A stretch of 64,000 nt of DNA. Origin: an uncultured Bacilli bacterium (lineage in GTDB: Bacteria; Bacillota_I; Bacilli_A; RFN20; CAG-449). The stretch covers positions 3,787 through 67,786 of the forward strand of contig CALVJL010000001.1 of the NCBI GenBank assembly GCA_944332075.1, read 5' to 3'. Position 1 is the stretch's first letter. Every line of letters begins with the position of its first letter. A model generated the notes under the pieces. It ran no database searches. It saw only the letters and a program-made list of their open reading frames with translations, and was not told the DNA's origin. This document shows, piece by piece, positions 51,949 through 62,343 of this stretch. The position numbers and the translations under genes are program-made.

Positions 51949-52257
51949 ATGATTGATACAATTGCAAAAATTATAACTGGGGTAGTTTTATTAATTATCA
52001 TATTAGCGTCTTTTATTTTATATAAAAAAATGCGCAAAATTAATGCTTCTGCTTACCTTTATGTAACCGCGACAGTCTCTATTCTCTGCGCATTTGCTTA
52101 TATATCATTTGATAAGACTATATTTTCAGTAAGTCACGATTATGTATTTTATTTTACAGAATTAGGTATATATTTAGGCATTATTGCACTAGGTAACATT
52201 ATAGTTTTGATAGTTAAAAGAATTTTACAAAAGAAAAAAGATAGCTCTAATCAATAG
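51949..52257 (+). CDS. small membrane protein (3 TM helices), hypothetical
   Basis: 102 aa. Hydrophobic segments and a Lys-rich C-terminus. The ATG has an AAGGAA RBS. Confidence 0.4.
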   Translation: MIDTIAKIITGVVLLIIILASFILYKKMRKINASAYLYVTATVSILCAFAYISFDKTIFSVSHDYVFYFTELGIYLGIIALGNIIVLIVKRILQKKKDSSNQ

Positions 52258-52271
52258 CTATCTCTTCTTAT

Positions 52272-53249
52272 TTAATTATTTAATAATTCTTTTATATATG
52301 TACGCATTCCATTAGCTACGCAAGCAATTGGATCTGGTGCGATTCTTACAGGAAGATTAATTTGTTTTTCAATATATTCGCGCATTCCTGTAAGTAATGC
52401 TGTCCCGCCTGAAATAACCACACCATTTTCTTGAATATCGCTAGCGATTTCTGGAGGTGTAACAATTAAAACATCATTTATATGATTCATTAACTGCTCA
52501 GCTAGAGGTAAAATAACACTTCTAACTTCATTAGTAGAGATGGTCACATTATGTGGAAGTGAAGTCAAAATATCGCGTCCTGGAACCTCAAGCAGGCGAT
52601 TTTCTGGGGTAAATTCTAATGAACCAATTTTCATTTTAATAAATTCAGCAGATTTTTCGCCAATCATTAAATGTCTTTCTTTACGTAAATAACGCATAAT
52701 TGCTTCATCAATAAGATTACCGCAGAAATACGAAGAACGCGAAACTAAGATATCTTTGCCAGAGCTAACAACAATTGAAGTTGAACCTCCACCGAGATTA
52801 ATATGAAGTGATCCTTTAATTTCTTTTGATGAAGTTCCACTACCTAAAGCGCCTAAACGCGCTTCATTAGCAAAAACTACATCTTCAACTTCAAACGCTT
52901 TACCGACATCAAGATAAGCATTTCTCTCAACAGGTGTAATATCTGATGGAACAGAAAATAATAATGTCGTATTTTTGACGCTTTTAATATTTGCTCGCTT
53001 AAATGCTTCCCTCAAAAATTTTATCGTTGGATTAATTCTAGCGATGACACCACGTCTCATCGGTCTGATAATTTCTATATCATCAGAAACACGTCCAATC
53101 ATTTTAGAAGCTAAATACCCAACCTCTACAGTCTGTTTAGTTTTACTATTTAATGCGACAATCGTCGGTTCTGAGAAGACAACCCCACGTCCATCGACAT
53201 AAATAAATGTATTACTAGTACCCAAATCAATTCCAATAATCTTTTTCAT
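52272..53249 (-). CDS. mreB: MreB-like actin-family cytoskeletal protein
   Basis: 325 aa. Actin-fold phosphate-1/2 and adenosine motifs (GIDLGTSNTFIYV, NLGGGSTSIVV, ISGGTALLTGM). Confidence 0.85.
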   Translation of the reverse strand: MKKIIGIDLGTSNTFIYVDGRGVVFSEPTIVALNSKTKQTVEVGYLASKMIGRVSDDIEIIRPMRRGVIARINPTIKFLREAFKRANIKSVKNTTLLFSVPSDITPVERNAYLDVGKAFEVEDVVFANEARLGALGSGTSSKEIKGSLHINLGGGSTSIVVSSGKDILVSRSSYFCGNLIDEAIMRYLRKERHLMIGEKSAEFIKMKIGSLEFTPENRLLEVPGRDILTSLPHNVTISTNEVRSVILPLAEQLMNHINDVLIVTPPEIASDIQENGVVISGGTALLTGMREYIEKQINLPVRIAPDPIACVANGMRTYIKELLNN

Positions 53250-53423
53250 AACCGCTCTCTTTAAATTCTGTTTTTATCTTAGCATTTTTTGTTCTTTTTT
53301 ACCACATTTTATATATAACAAACAAAAGGTAAAGCGATTTTGGTTTATCTGATAAAATTATGGTATTTTACATTCTATCAGTGATAAAATAAATTTTGTG
53401 AAATACAAGGAGAAAGTTTTAAA

Positions 53424-55610
53424 ATGTCAAAGAAAGTATTTTCGTTAGACTTTGAAGGTAAGAAACTGATCGTTGAAACAGGCGAGATTGCTAAGCAAGC
53501 CGATGGTGCTTGTTTAATCCGTTTGGATGATACCGTAGTTTTATCTACCGCATGCTGTTCAGATGAAGCAAAAGATAGCGACTTCTTCCCATTAACAGTT
53601 GGTTATGAAGAAAAGCTCTATTCTGTCGGCAAAATTCCGGGTTCTTTCTTAAGAAGAGAAGGACGTCCAGGTGAACATGCCACCTTAACTGCACGTTTAA
53701 TCGATCGACCAATTAGACCGATGTTCCCAGAAGGATTCCGTAACGAAGTCCAAATCGTTAACACCGTTATGTCTGTTGATCCAGATGCTACACCAGAAAT
53801 GGCTGCAATGTTTGGTTCATCACTCGCATTAGGTATTTCCGATATTCCTTTTGACGGACCTATCGCTGGAGTATATGTCGGAAGAGTTGATGGAAAATAT
53901 GTCATTAACCCGACAGTTGAACAAAAAGCTAAATCAGATTTGAATTTAGCGGTTGCTGGAACTAAGAAAGCTATTAACATGGTTGAAGCCGGAGCTAATG
54001 AACTCAGTGAAGAAGAAATGCTCGCCGGAATTATGTTCGGCCATGAAGCTATTAAAAAGCTCTGCGCATTCCAAGAAGAAATTATTAAGGAAATCGGCAA
54101 AACTAAACGCGAAATCGTTTTATATTCAATTCCTCAAGATTTAATTGATGCAGTAACTGCTGTTTCAAAAGATAGAATTACTAAATCAGTATCAATCGTC
54201 GATAAGCTTGAAAGACAAGATGCGATTGACGCTATTGAAAAAGAAGTTCTTGAACAATATGAAAATCTCAATTATCCAGATGAAAAGACCAAGAATCTCA
54301 CTTTAAAGCAAGTTAGAGATATCATGGAAGGCTTTGTCAGAGATGAAGTTAGAAGATTAATTACTTATGATAAAGTTAGACCAGATGGAAGAAAAATTGA
54401 TGAAATCCGTCCATTAAACGCTCAAGTTGACTTATTACCTCGTACCCATGGTTCAGCTATGTTTACTAGAGGTCAAACCCAAGTTATTTCTGTTTGTACA
54501 TTAGGCGCTCAATCAGATGAACAAATTATTGATAATTTAAGTGATGAGGAAACAAAACGCTTCATGCATCACTACAACTTCCCACCTTATTCCGTTGGTG
54601 AAATTGGCAGAATGGGCACACCTGGAAGAAGAGAAATCGGTCATGGTGCATTAGGTGAAAGAGCTCTTTCATACGTCATTCCACCATTTGATGAATTCCC
54701 ATATACTATTAGAGTTGTTGCCGAAGTTGTTGAATCAAATGGTTCATCATCGCAAGCATCCATCTGCGCTTCCTGTATGGCTTTAATGGCTGCTGGTGTA
54801 CCTATTAAGAAACCAGTTGTCGGTATTGCAATGGGCTTAATTACTTCTGGTCCAGTTGAAGAAGGTTATCCTTATACTATTTTAACTGATATCCAAGGCC
54901 TTGAAGATCACTTAGGAGATATGGACTTCAAAGTTGCTGGAACTAGAGACGGCATCACCGCTTTACAAATGGATATCAAGATTAAAGGCATCACCGAAGA
55001 AATCTTAAGACAAGCTTTAAATCAAGCACATGGAGCAAGAGAACAAATCATGAAAGTTGTCACTGACTGCATTCCTGCTCCGCGTAAAGAAGTTAGTAAA
55101 TATGCTCCTAAGATGGTTACATTCAATATCGACCCAGATAAGATTAGAGATGTCATCGGTTCTCAAGGAAAAGTTATTAACGAAATTATCGAAAGCTGCG
55201 ACAATGTTAAGATTGATATCAATGATGATGGTAAAGTAATTATCTATCACACCGACAAAGAAGCAATTGAAAAAGCTAAAAAGATGATTCTCGACATTGC
55301 TAGAGTTGCTCACGTCGGAGAGATATTTGATGGAACAGTTGTCAGAATTGAATCATATGGTTGCTTTGTCAATCTCTTCAATAATGTTGATGGTCTCTGC
55401 CATGTTTCAAAATTATCGCATTCAAGAGTCAACCATCCTAAAGATGTCGTCAAAGTCGGTCAAAAATTAAAAGTCATCGTTACCGATATTGATGAAAAAG
55501 GAAGAATTAATCTTTCTCATAAAGAATTTGAACCAAAAATTGTTAAGGAAGAAAAAGAAGAAACCGCTGAAAAAGCTGAAGAAAAAAGCGAAACAAAAGT
55601 TTCTGAATAA
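53424..55610 (+). CDS. pnp: polyribonucleotide nucleotidyltransferase (PNPase)
   Basis: 728 aa. Two RNase PH domains, KH and S1 domains (…[20 protein letters not shown]…). Confidence 0.96.
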   Translation: MSKKVFSLDFEGKKLIVETGEIAKQADGACLIRLDDTVVLSTACCSDEAKDSDFFPLTVGYEEKLYSVGKIPGSFLRREGRPGEHATLTARLIDRPIRPMFPEGFRNEVQIVNTVMSVDPDATPEMAAMFGSSLALGISDIPFDGPIAGVYVGRVDGKYVINPTVEQKAKSDLNLAVAGTKKAINMVEAGANELSEEEMLAGIMFGHEAIKKLCAFQEEIIKEIGKTKREIVLYSIPQDLIDAVTAVSKDRITKSVSIVDKLERQDAIDAIEKEVLEQYENLNYPDEKTKNLTLKQVRDIMEGFVRDEVRRLITYDKVRPDGRKIDEIRPLNAQVDLLPRTHGSAMFTRGQTQVISVCTLGAQSDEQIIDNLSDEETKRFMHHYNFPPYSVGEIGRMGTPGRREIGHGALGERALSYVIPPFDEFPYTIRVVAEVVESNGSSSQASICASCMALMAAGVPIKKPVVGIAMGLITSGPVEEGYPYTILTDIQGLEDHLGDMDFKVAGTRDGITALQMDIKIKGITEEILRQALNQAHGAREQIMKVVTDCIPAPRKEVSKYAPKMVTFNIDPDKIRDVIGSQGKVINEIIESCDNVKIDINDDGKVIIYHTDKEAIEKAKKMILDIARVAHVGEIFDGTVVRIESYGCFVNLFNNVDGLCHVSKLSHSRVNHPKDVVKVGQKLKVIVTDIDEKGRINLSHKEFEPKIVKEEKEETAEKAEEKSETKVSE

Positions 55611-55631
55611 TCTTTCATATCAATTAATCTA

Positions 55632-55659
55632 AAGCTCTGCTGTGGCAGGGCTTTTTTTA
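55632..55659 (+). terminator. Rho-independent terminator of pnp
   Basis: aagctctgc-tgtg-gcagggcttt followed by 7 T. Confidence 0.75.
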
Positions 55660-55736
55660 TATTAAAAGCTAATATTGACAATAAATAAAATATTATGTAG
55701 TATAGAAAACAATTCACCAAGAAAGGGGATATTAAT

Positions 55737-57380
55737 ATGAAAAAATCAATAATGGCATTATCTTTACTATCGCTAATTTCATTATCAGCCTGCGGAGGTC
55801 TTACTTCATCTTCGCAAAACTCAAGTCCAGCACCTTCAACTTCTTCTAGTGCTACATTTACTCTAACTCAGGATACTTTAGATCAATTAAGTCTAGGTTA
55901 TTCATTAGAGACTCTTGTAACAGAAGATGTAAACGGAAAAATTTCTTATTTCTACACAGATTCTTTTCACGATGCTGAATCATATACAGTTAAGGTATAC
56001 GAAGCAAGTCAAAGTACACCTACTAAAGACGTGAATGAAATTTTTGAAACGTATTCTGCTGATGAACAAGGTTATCTCGTCTCAGAAAGAAGAAATCTAA
56101 ATAACGAAAAGAACTTTATTAAGGTATATAATCCATATACATCTGAATATTCTTTGTTTGATGATAACTATTCAAACTTCTTTACTTTTTTAAGCATCGA
56201 TGATTTTGAAAAATCCGGCGATACGTATGTTCTTTCCGATAATGCAAAAGCTGCTGTTTCGCCATACATTATCACTCAACTTTATGGTAATCCTGGTTTT
56301 GAACTTGATTCATTAACAATTGAAGAGAGAAATGGCTCAATCTATTTAGTAACTACACCTAAGCCATTTGTGACTTCATCGACAACCTATAACTATATTT
56401 TTGAAAGTAAAATCGTCGAATTTGGAAATGATATTACTATACCAAAAAGAGCTGAACCATATGCAGAAGTAACTGATGCAAAATTTACCGAAATGATTAC
56501 TTCATTAAAAGGCAAAAATTATAAAATGGTTCAAAAAGATTATCAAGGCAGTCAGTTAGCAGCAACATCAACTTTTATTGTGAATGGTGATTTAACATAC
56601 CGCGAAAACGAATTTGACGGAGTTAGTTATAAGGTTGCCGCTTATAAAGATGGTGATAATTATTACGAAGCAAACAAAGAAGGAACAGAATTCATCAAAG
56701 CGCGTCAAATCACTGCTGAGGAATTCTCAGCTTTATATTCTTCATTTAACATTAGCCGCGCTTGCTTTGATGAAAGCGATGGAATATATACCGTCAAAGA
56801 CGATGTCAACGGTGATACATTTGCTTATTCTATTTTCGCATCACTGGTCAGTGAAATTAACGACTTTACTATTGAAATAAAAGATGGTTCATATATTTTT
56901 ACAAATAAAAATGGAACAAATAAAACCATTGTTGAATTTACTGATATCGGATCAGCAGATGTCGGATACCAAGTTTCTGATGTTAAAGAACCATTAGCAG
57001 AAGTATCTTGGAAAGATATTCTCGACGAATATTCTTTAGCTAATCTCACATCGGTTTTAGGTGAAGAAAAACTCGCTTCTTTCCCAGTTCCAGAAGAATT
57101 TAATCTTGAAGGATGGATGGATTTCAGTGAAGAAGAAGGAATGTCAATGCTCCTTTATATATCACCTGATCCAGTTGCAGATGAAAGCACATTAGCTGCT
57201 TATGAACAAAAATTAATAGCTGCTGGTTATCAAGACATGGGTGAAACTGATCCAAGCGCATATGATGCAAAAGTCTACGCGGATGATTCGACTATTGTTG
57301 AAGTAGCATTAGTTCCAGCTGGAGGATTAGGAAGCGAATTTGATTTCCCAATTCTCATGATTGTCGTACTAGCAATGTAA
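55737..57380 (+). CDS. hypothetical surface lipoprotein (547 aa), no recognisable domain
   Basis: Lipobox LISLSACGG + Ser-rich linker (SSQNSSPAPSTSSSA). The rest is a Tyr/Asp/Thr-rich soluble region. C-terminal hydrophobic stretch FPILMIVVLAM. RBS GAAAGGGGA upstream. Confidence 0.6.
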   Translation: MKKSIMALSLLSLISLSACGGLTSSSQNSSPAPSTSSSATFTLTQDTLDQLSLGYSLETLVTEDVNGKISYFYTDSFHDAESYTVKVYEASQSTPTKDVNEIFETYSADEQGYLVSERRNLNNEKNFIKVYNPYTSEYSLFDDNYSNFFTFLSIDDFEKSGDTYVLSDNAKAAVSPYIITQLYGNPGFELDSLTIEERNGSIYLVTTPKPFVTSSTTYNYIFESKIVEFGNDITIPKRAEPYAEVTDAKFTEMITSLKGKNYKMVQKDYQGSQLAATSTFIVNGDLTYRENEFDGVSYKVAAYKDGDNYYEANKEGTEFIKARQITAEEFSALYSSFNISRACFDESDGIYTVKDDVNGDTFAYSIFASLVSEINDFTIEIKDGSYIFTNKNGTNKTIVEFTDIGSADVGYQVSDVKEPLAEVSWKDILDEYSLANLTSVLGEEKLASFPVPEEFNLEGWMDFSEEEGMSMLLYISPDPVADESTLAAYEQKLIAAGYQDMGETDPSAYDAKVYADDSTIVEVALVPAGGLGSEFDFPILMIVVLAM

Positions 57381-57414
57381 AAAATAAAAGCTTAGCGATT
57401 TTGCTAAGCTTTTT
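57381..57414. terminator. bidirectional terminator between the lipoprotein gene and the Cof-hydrolase gene
   Basis: aaaataaaagcttagc-gatttt-gctaagcttttt. Overlaps the stop of the minus-strand gene. Confidence 0.7.
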
Positions 57415-58171
57415 ATATGATTAAATTAAAATATTTTACTAAGAATCTAGCTACACCATCTTCATCATTACTATGCTCAGAAATGGTTAAATTATTTTCA
57501 AAATATTTTGGATTGGCGTTTTTCATAATAACTCCGATATTTGATATTTTTAGCATTTCAATATCGCCAGCATCATCTCCAAAAGAAATAACATCTTTAA
57601 CATCGCGTTTTAGCATTTTCAATAAATTGAGCATCCCCTTATCTTTGCCTGTATCAAAATGCCGGAAAACTTTGTAAGTTGAATCGTAATATGAAACGTA
57701 GTCTAAATGATGCTTTTTAGCAATCTTAAACGCATCGATATCTTGATTAATGTCACAAAGGATTTTATATGCATCATAGGGAAATTCATTTTTAAAATCG
57801 AAACGGATAGGATGCCGCTTTAAAAATTTATCTGAATCAGTATAAAGATTATCTAGTGTTTGAACAGCAGCAAACTTACTAACGCTTTCAATATCCGCAA
57901 CGATTGCTGACACATACTGATGTTCAATTGGTTTAAGAAAAATATTTTTACCATTTTTATCAACGATTTGCGCTCCGCCATTAACAATAGAATAATCAGG
58001 TTTAATAAAATCGATGATATTCATCGCAAAAGGATAGCTGCGCGCGGTATTCACGACCAAAATATGTCCTTGATTTTTTAGTTTTGTAAGCACCTTTGAA
58101 GTATATTGACTTACTTCACCATAATCATTAAGCAATGTTGAATCTAAATCGAAAACAATAATTTTATTCAT
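57413..58171 (-). CDS. Cof-type HAD-IIB family hydrolase (sugar-phosphatase-like)
   Basis: Start re-set to the ATG at 58169-58171 (MNKIIVFDLDSTLL, DxD motif) with AAAGGTGA 5 nt upstream. HAD motifs II-IV are present (…VNTARS…, …GDDAGDIEM…). Confidence 0.8.
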   Translation of the reverse strand: MNKIIVFDLDSTLLNDYGEVSQYTSKVLTKLKNQGHILVVNTARSYPFAMNIIDFIKPDYSIVNGGAQIVDKNGKNIFLKPIEHQYVSAIVADIESVSKFAAVQTLDNLYTDSDKFLKRHPIRFDFKNEFPYDAYKILCDINQDIDAFKIAKKHHLDYVSYYDSTYKVFRHFDTGKDKGMLNLLKMLKRDVKDVISFGDDAGDIEMLKISNIGVIMKNANPKYFENNLTISEHSNDEDGVARFLVKYFNLII

Positions 58172-58274
58172 AATTTCACCTTTAAAATTATATCGGTTAT
58201 TCATCCTTAAACAAAGAAAAAGAAAATATTAAACCAATTAAATAAAAATAAAATGGACGCAAAGCACATTTAAT

Positions 58275-58531
58275 TTGAAAATAGATTATCTATAATCTAT
58301 AATATGTCAGTAATCCAAGACGAAGCTAAGGAATTTTATCTTTCTATCAGAGACTGCTAGTTGATGTGAATGCAGAGAAAGCTATTTCCAAGCCACTTCC
58401 GAGATTCTAGTTAATCCTAGCGGTGAGGATCCGTTATCCCTCAAAATCAAGAGCATCAAAAGATGAATCAGGATGGTACCGCGGTAATTCGTTCCTGAAG
58501 GTGCTTTTTTTATTGTTTAAAAGGAGAAAAC
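58275..58531 (+). promoter_or_regulatory. sigma-A promoter and T-box riboswitch leader of alaS
   Basis: Consensus promoter TTGAAA(58275-58280)-17 nt-TATAAT(58298-58303). The leader contains AATCAGGATGGTACCGCGG (58466-58484), matching the T-box consensus, followed by GGTGCTTTTTTT (58500-58511). Candidate GCUA specifier in CGAAGCTAAGG. RBS AAAGGAG before the ATG at 58532. Confidence 0.8.
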
Positions 58532-61153
58532 ATGCGTAATTTAAAAAGTTATGAAATCCGTAATATGTGGCTAAACTTTTTCAAAAGCAAAGGTCACTAC
58601 ATCGAGCCAAGTGCTAATTTGATTCCGCAAAATGATCCGACCCTTCTTTGGATCAATTCCGGCGTTGCCGCTTTAAAAAAATATTTTGATGGATCTGAAG
58701 TACCTCCATATACAAGAATTACCAACGCTCAAAAGTCAATTAGAACCAACGATATTGAAAACGTTGGTAAAACTGCTCGTCACCACACATTTTTTGAAAT
58801 GCTCGGCAATTTTTCTATCGGAGATTATTTCCGTAATGAAGTTATACCTTGGGCTTTTGAGCTTTTAACTAGTGAAAAATATTTTGGTATTCCACTAGAA
58901 AAACTCTATATTACCTATCACCCAAGCGATAAAGATACTTACAATCTTTGGATTAAGATGGGCGTAATACCTTCTCACTTAGTTCCAAGTGAACATAATT
59001 TCTGGGAAATCGGTGAAGGACCATGTGGACCAAATACTGAAATGTATTATGACCGTGGAGAGAAATATGATCCAGAGCATTTAGGTGAAAAGTTAATTTT
59101 CGAAGATTTGGAAAATGATCGTTACATTGAATTATGGAATATCGTCTTTTCACAATATAATGCTGAAATTGGCAAAAAGAGAGAAGAATACAAAGAACTC
59201 CCTCATAAAAACATTGATACTGGTGCAGGTCTAGAAAGATTATGCTGCATTTTCCAAGATACTGAGACCAATTTTGAAACCGACTTATTCTATCCATATA
59301 TTGAAGAAGTTGCTAAATATGCTTCTCATCCATATGAAGGCGAATATAAAATGGCTTACCGCGTTATCGCTGACCATATTAGAGCATGTACATTTGCTTT
59401 ATCAGATGGAGCTACCTTCTCTAATGAAGGACGTGGATATGTCTTAAGAAGATTACTTAGAAGAGCTTCTAGATATTTAAGAAAACTCGGAATCACAAAA
59501 CCATTCTTATACACATTAGTCCACTTAGTTACTTTAGTTATGGAAGACTACTATCCTGAATTAAAAGATAGCGAAGAAAAAGTTGCTAAGATGATTAAAT
59601 TTGAAGAAGAGAAATTCCAAAAGACCCTTTCTTCAGGCGAAGCAATTTTAAATGAATTCATCTCTGATGCTAAAAAGAATAACTCAACGATGCTAAGCGG
59701 TAAAGAAGTTTTCAAACTTTATGATACCTATGGTTTCCCATTTGAATTAACCAAAGAAATCGCTTCAGAAAATAATCTCGAAGTTGATGAAAAAGGCTTT
59801 GAAGAAGAAATGGAAAAGCAAAAAGAAAGAGCCCGTGCATCTAGAGGAAATCTTCAATCAATGTCTAGCCAGATGATTGATTTAATGAACTTTAAAGAAC
59901 CATCAGAATTTACTTATGATGAAGCTCCATTAAAAGCAAAAGTAATCGGTTTATTCAAAGACGGAGTTAAAGTTTCATCTCTTGATGAAGACGGAGAAGT
60001 TATCTTTGATAAAACCAACTTCTACGCGACAAGTGGCGGACAAGAACACGATGAAGGCGTTATTGAAAACTCAACAACTCGCGCATTAGTTAATAACGTT
60101 ATCAAGTCAGTAAATAAACAACACCTTCATTTCGTCCATGTCGAATATGGTGAAATTAAAGTCGGTGATGAATTCACCTTATCAATTGACACAAAGAGAC
60201 GTGACATGACTAAGAGAAATCACTCTTGCACACACTTATTACAAAAGGCTCTCCAAGTTGTTCTCGGCGATGATGTTCACCAAGAAGGTTCTTATAACTG
60301 CGCTGATTATCTCCGCTTCGACTTCAACTATCAAGGTAAGATATCCGAGCAAATGCTTAATCAAATCGAATTATTAGTTAATCAATATATCGAAGAAGAT
60401 TTACCTTGCAATATTGCTTATTATAGCAAAGAAGAAGCATCCAAACTCAATGCGATGCACTTATTTAACGAAAAATATGGTTCAACGATTAGAGTTGTTT
60501 CCTTCGGTGATGTTTCAAGTGAATTCTGTGCTGGCGCCCATGTTACTTCAAGTAAAGATATCGGTGTCTTCACCATCACAAGCGAACAAGCTATCGCAGC
60601 CGGCATTAGAAGAATTGAAGGAAAAACATCTTTCAAGGCTTATGAAGAATTAAAGAAAAAAGCAATCGCTCTTTCTGAAGCAAGCGATAAATTAAAAGCT
60701 GGATCATTAAGTGACGTCAATAAAAAGATTGATGAATTGTTAAATAAAGAAAGTTCTTTAAGAAAAGAAATCACTGCTTTACAAGAGAAAATTGCTGTCT
60801 ATAAGAGTAAAGAATTAAAAGAAAACTTTATCGATTGCGGTGACCATCATTTATTAGTCTATCGTTTCGATAATATTGATAACAAAGCTTTCATGGCTAC
60901 CTTTGATACCTTAAAGAATGTCCACGATGATTACGTCATTCTCTTAGCTAATGCTAATAATGATAAAATATCCTTTGTCGCTGGTGTTGCTAGCAAATTA
61001 ACTGATAAATACCAAGCAGGAAATATCGTTAAGAAAGCTGCTTCATTAACTAATGGCTCTGGTGGAGGACGTAAAGAAATGGCTCAAGGTGGAGGTAAAG
61101 ATATCTCCAAGCTCGATGAGTGCTTAAAAGTTATCACCGAGGAATTAAAATAA
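58532..61153 (+). CDS. alaS: alanine--tRNA ligase
   Basis: 873 aa. Class II motifs, editing domain with the HxxxH…CxxxH Zn site (HSCTHLL…CAGAH), C-terminal DHHA1 domain. Confidence 0.96.
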   Translation: MRNLKSYEIRNMWLNFFKSKGHYIEPSANLIPQNDPTLLWINSGVAALKKYFDGSEVPPYTRITNAQKSIRTNDIENVGKTARHHTFFEMLGNFSIGDYFRNEVIPWAFELLTSEKYFGIPLEKLYITYHPSDKDTYNLWIKMGVIPSHLVPSEHNFWEIGEGPCGPNTEMYYDRGEKYDPEHLGEKLIFEDLENDRYIELWNIVFSQYNAEIGKKREEYKELPHKNIDTGAGLERLCCIFQDTETNFETDLFYPYIEEVAKYASHPYEGEYKMAYRVIADHIRACTFALSDGATFSNEGRGYVLRRLLRRASRYLRKLGITKPFLYTLVHLVTLVMEDYYPELKDSEEKVAKMIKFEEEKFQKTLSSGEAILNEFISDAKKNNSTMLSGKEVFKLYDTYGFPFELTKEIASENNLEVDEKGFEEEMEKQKERARASRGNLQSMSSQMIDLMNFKEPSEFTYDEAPLKAKVIGLFKDGVKVSSLDEDGEVIFDKTNFYATSGGQEHDEGVIENSTTRALVNNVIKSVNKQHLHFVHVEYGEIKVGDEFTLSIDTKRRDMTKRNHSCTHLLQKALQVVLGDDVHQEGSYNCADYLRFDFNYQGKISEQMLNQIELLVNQYIEEDLPCNIAYYSKEEASKLNAMHLFNEKYGSTIRVVSFGDVSSEFCAGAHVTSSKDIGVFTITSEQAIAAGIRRIEGKTSFKAYEELKKKAIALSEASDKLKAGSLSDVNKKIDELLNKESSLRKEITALQEKIAVYKSKELKENFIDCGDHHLLVYRFDNIDNKAFMATFDTLKNVHDDYVILLANANNDKISFVAGVASKLTDKYQAGNIVKKAASLTNGSGGGRKEMAQGGGKDISKLDECLKVITEELK

Positions 61154-61569
61154 TGAAGTGCCTCGGTTTAGACTTAGGTGAAAAAACCTTAGGAATTGCT
61201 GAATCTGACGAACTCGGAATCATCGCCTCCGGATTAGAAAATTTCCGTTTTGAAGAAAAAGATTATCAAAAAGCTCTTGAAAGAACTTTATATTATATTG
61301 ACCGCGATCACATTAAAGAAGTCGCATTAGGATTGCCTCTTCATATGTCAGGCGAAGAATCTGAGCATTCATTATTGGCCCGCGAATTTAAAAAGATGAT
61401 TGAAAACGAAAGAAAAGATGTTAAAGTAGTCTTAGTTGATGAACGCTGGACTACTAAACAAGCGACACGTTTTCTTCTCGAAGCTGATTTATCTCGCAAA
61501 AAAAGAAAAAAAGTCATTGATAAGATGGCCGCGGTTGTTATACTAGAGACATACTTAAAGATGAGGTAA
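61153..61569 (+). CDS. ruvX: Holliday-junction-resolvase-like pre-16S rRNA nuclease YqgF/RuvX
   Basis: 138 aa from the ATG at 61153, overlapping the alaS stop (TAATG). MKCLGLDLGEKTLGIAESD (catalytic D) and ...VVLVDERWTTKQA. The ORF-track upstream extension is rejected. Confidence 0.85.
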   Translation: MKCLGLDLGEKTLGIAESDELGIIASGLENFRFEEKDYQKALERTLYYIDRDHIKEVALGLPLHMSGEESEHSLLAREFKKMIENERKDVKVVLVDERWTTKQATRFLLEADLSRKKRKKVIDKMAAVVILETYLKMR

Positions 61570-61572
61570 ACT

Positions 61573-61833
61573 ATGGAAAAAGAAGGAAATAAAGTTTATT
61601 TTACCGATGAAAAAGGACAAACAACAGTCCTTAATATCCTCTTTACTTATGACAACAAAGAAAGAAATAAAGAATACGTTTTCTTTTATAGCGAAGAGGA
61701 ACCAGATAATATCATCGTTGGCTATCTCGGAGATAACGGGGAAATTCTTGATATCTACGATGATGAAGAATATGATGAATTAGAAGACGTTCTCGCCCAT
61801 TACGAGAAAGATCAAGAGAAAAAGGAAGGATAA
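61573..61833 (+). CDS. DUF1292 (YrzB-like) protein
   Basis: 86 aa, acidic. Conserved position after yqgF, as in Bacillus alaS-yrzL-yqgF-yrzB. Confidence 0.7.
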   Translation: MEKEGNKVYFTDEKGQTTVLNILFTYDNKERNKEYVFFYSEEEPDNIIVGYLGDNGEILDIYDDEEYDELEDVLAHYEKDQEKKEG

Positions 61834-61835
61834 AT

Positions 61836-62306
61836 ATGTCTAATCAAGAAGAAATCAAATTAACTAAAGAAGGTATTGAAAAGTTCCAACAAGAATTACG
61901 TCACCTTATCGATGTCGAAAGACCAAAGGTTACAAGAGAAATCAAAGAAGCTAAAGAACAAGGCGACTTATCAGAAAACTCTGATTACGATGCCGCGAGA
62001 ACACGTCAAAGCGAAATTGAAGCAAGAATTGCTTATCTTCAAAACGCATTAATTCACGCTACCGAGATTAAAGCTACTGATAGCAGCGTTGTTGGACTTG
62101 GTTCAACTGTCGTCGTCAGAATGCTTGATATTGATGTTGAAGAAACTTATAAAATTGTCGGACCTGCTGAAGCCGATCCAGAAAACGGAAAAATTTCTAA
62201 TGCTTGCGTTTTAGCAACAGCTATCATGGGACATAAGGTTGGCGAACGCGTTCACGTTAAAGCTAGTGAACCTTACGATGTCGAAATCGTAAAAATCGGT
62301 AAGTAA
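61836..62306 (+). CDS. greA: transcription elongation factor GreA
   Basis: 156 aa. N-terminal coiled coil with the acidic tip (...GDLSENSDYDAAR...) and C-terminal FKBP-like domain. Confidence 0.93.
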   Translation: MSNQEEIKLTKEGIEKFQQELRHLIDVERPKVTREIKEAKEQGDLSENSDYDAARTRQSEIEARIAYLQNALIHATEIKATDSSVVGLGSTVVVRMLDIDVEETYKIVGPAEADPENGKISNACVLATAIMGHKVGERVHVKASEPYDVEIVKIGK

Positions 62307-62311
62307 TTAAG

Positions 62312-62343
62312 TAAATAAAAAACGGGCAATACCCGTTTTTTTA
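62312..62343. terminator. bidirectional terminator between greA and ribF
   Basis: aaataaaaaacgggcaatacccgttttttt. Confidence 0.8.

Noticed and set aside
53618-54100. 160-aa minus-strand ORF inside pnp
   Set aside because: Antisense to PNPase. Ser/Pro/Ile-rich artefact.
58478-58487. Perfect 10-nt palindrome taccgcggta downstream of the alaS T-box
   Set aside because: It is part of the conserved T-box sequence (GGTACCGCGG). A self-complementary 10-mer cannot form a hairpin by itself. Not an independent site.
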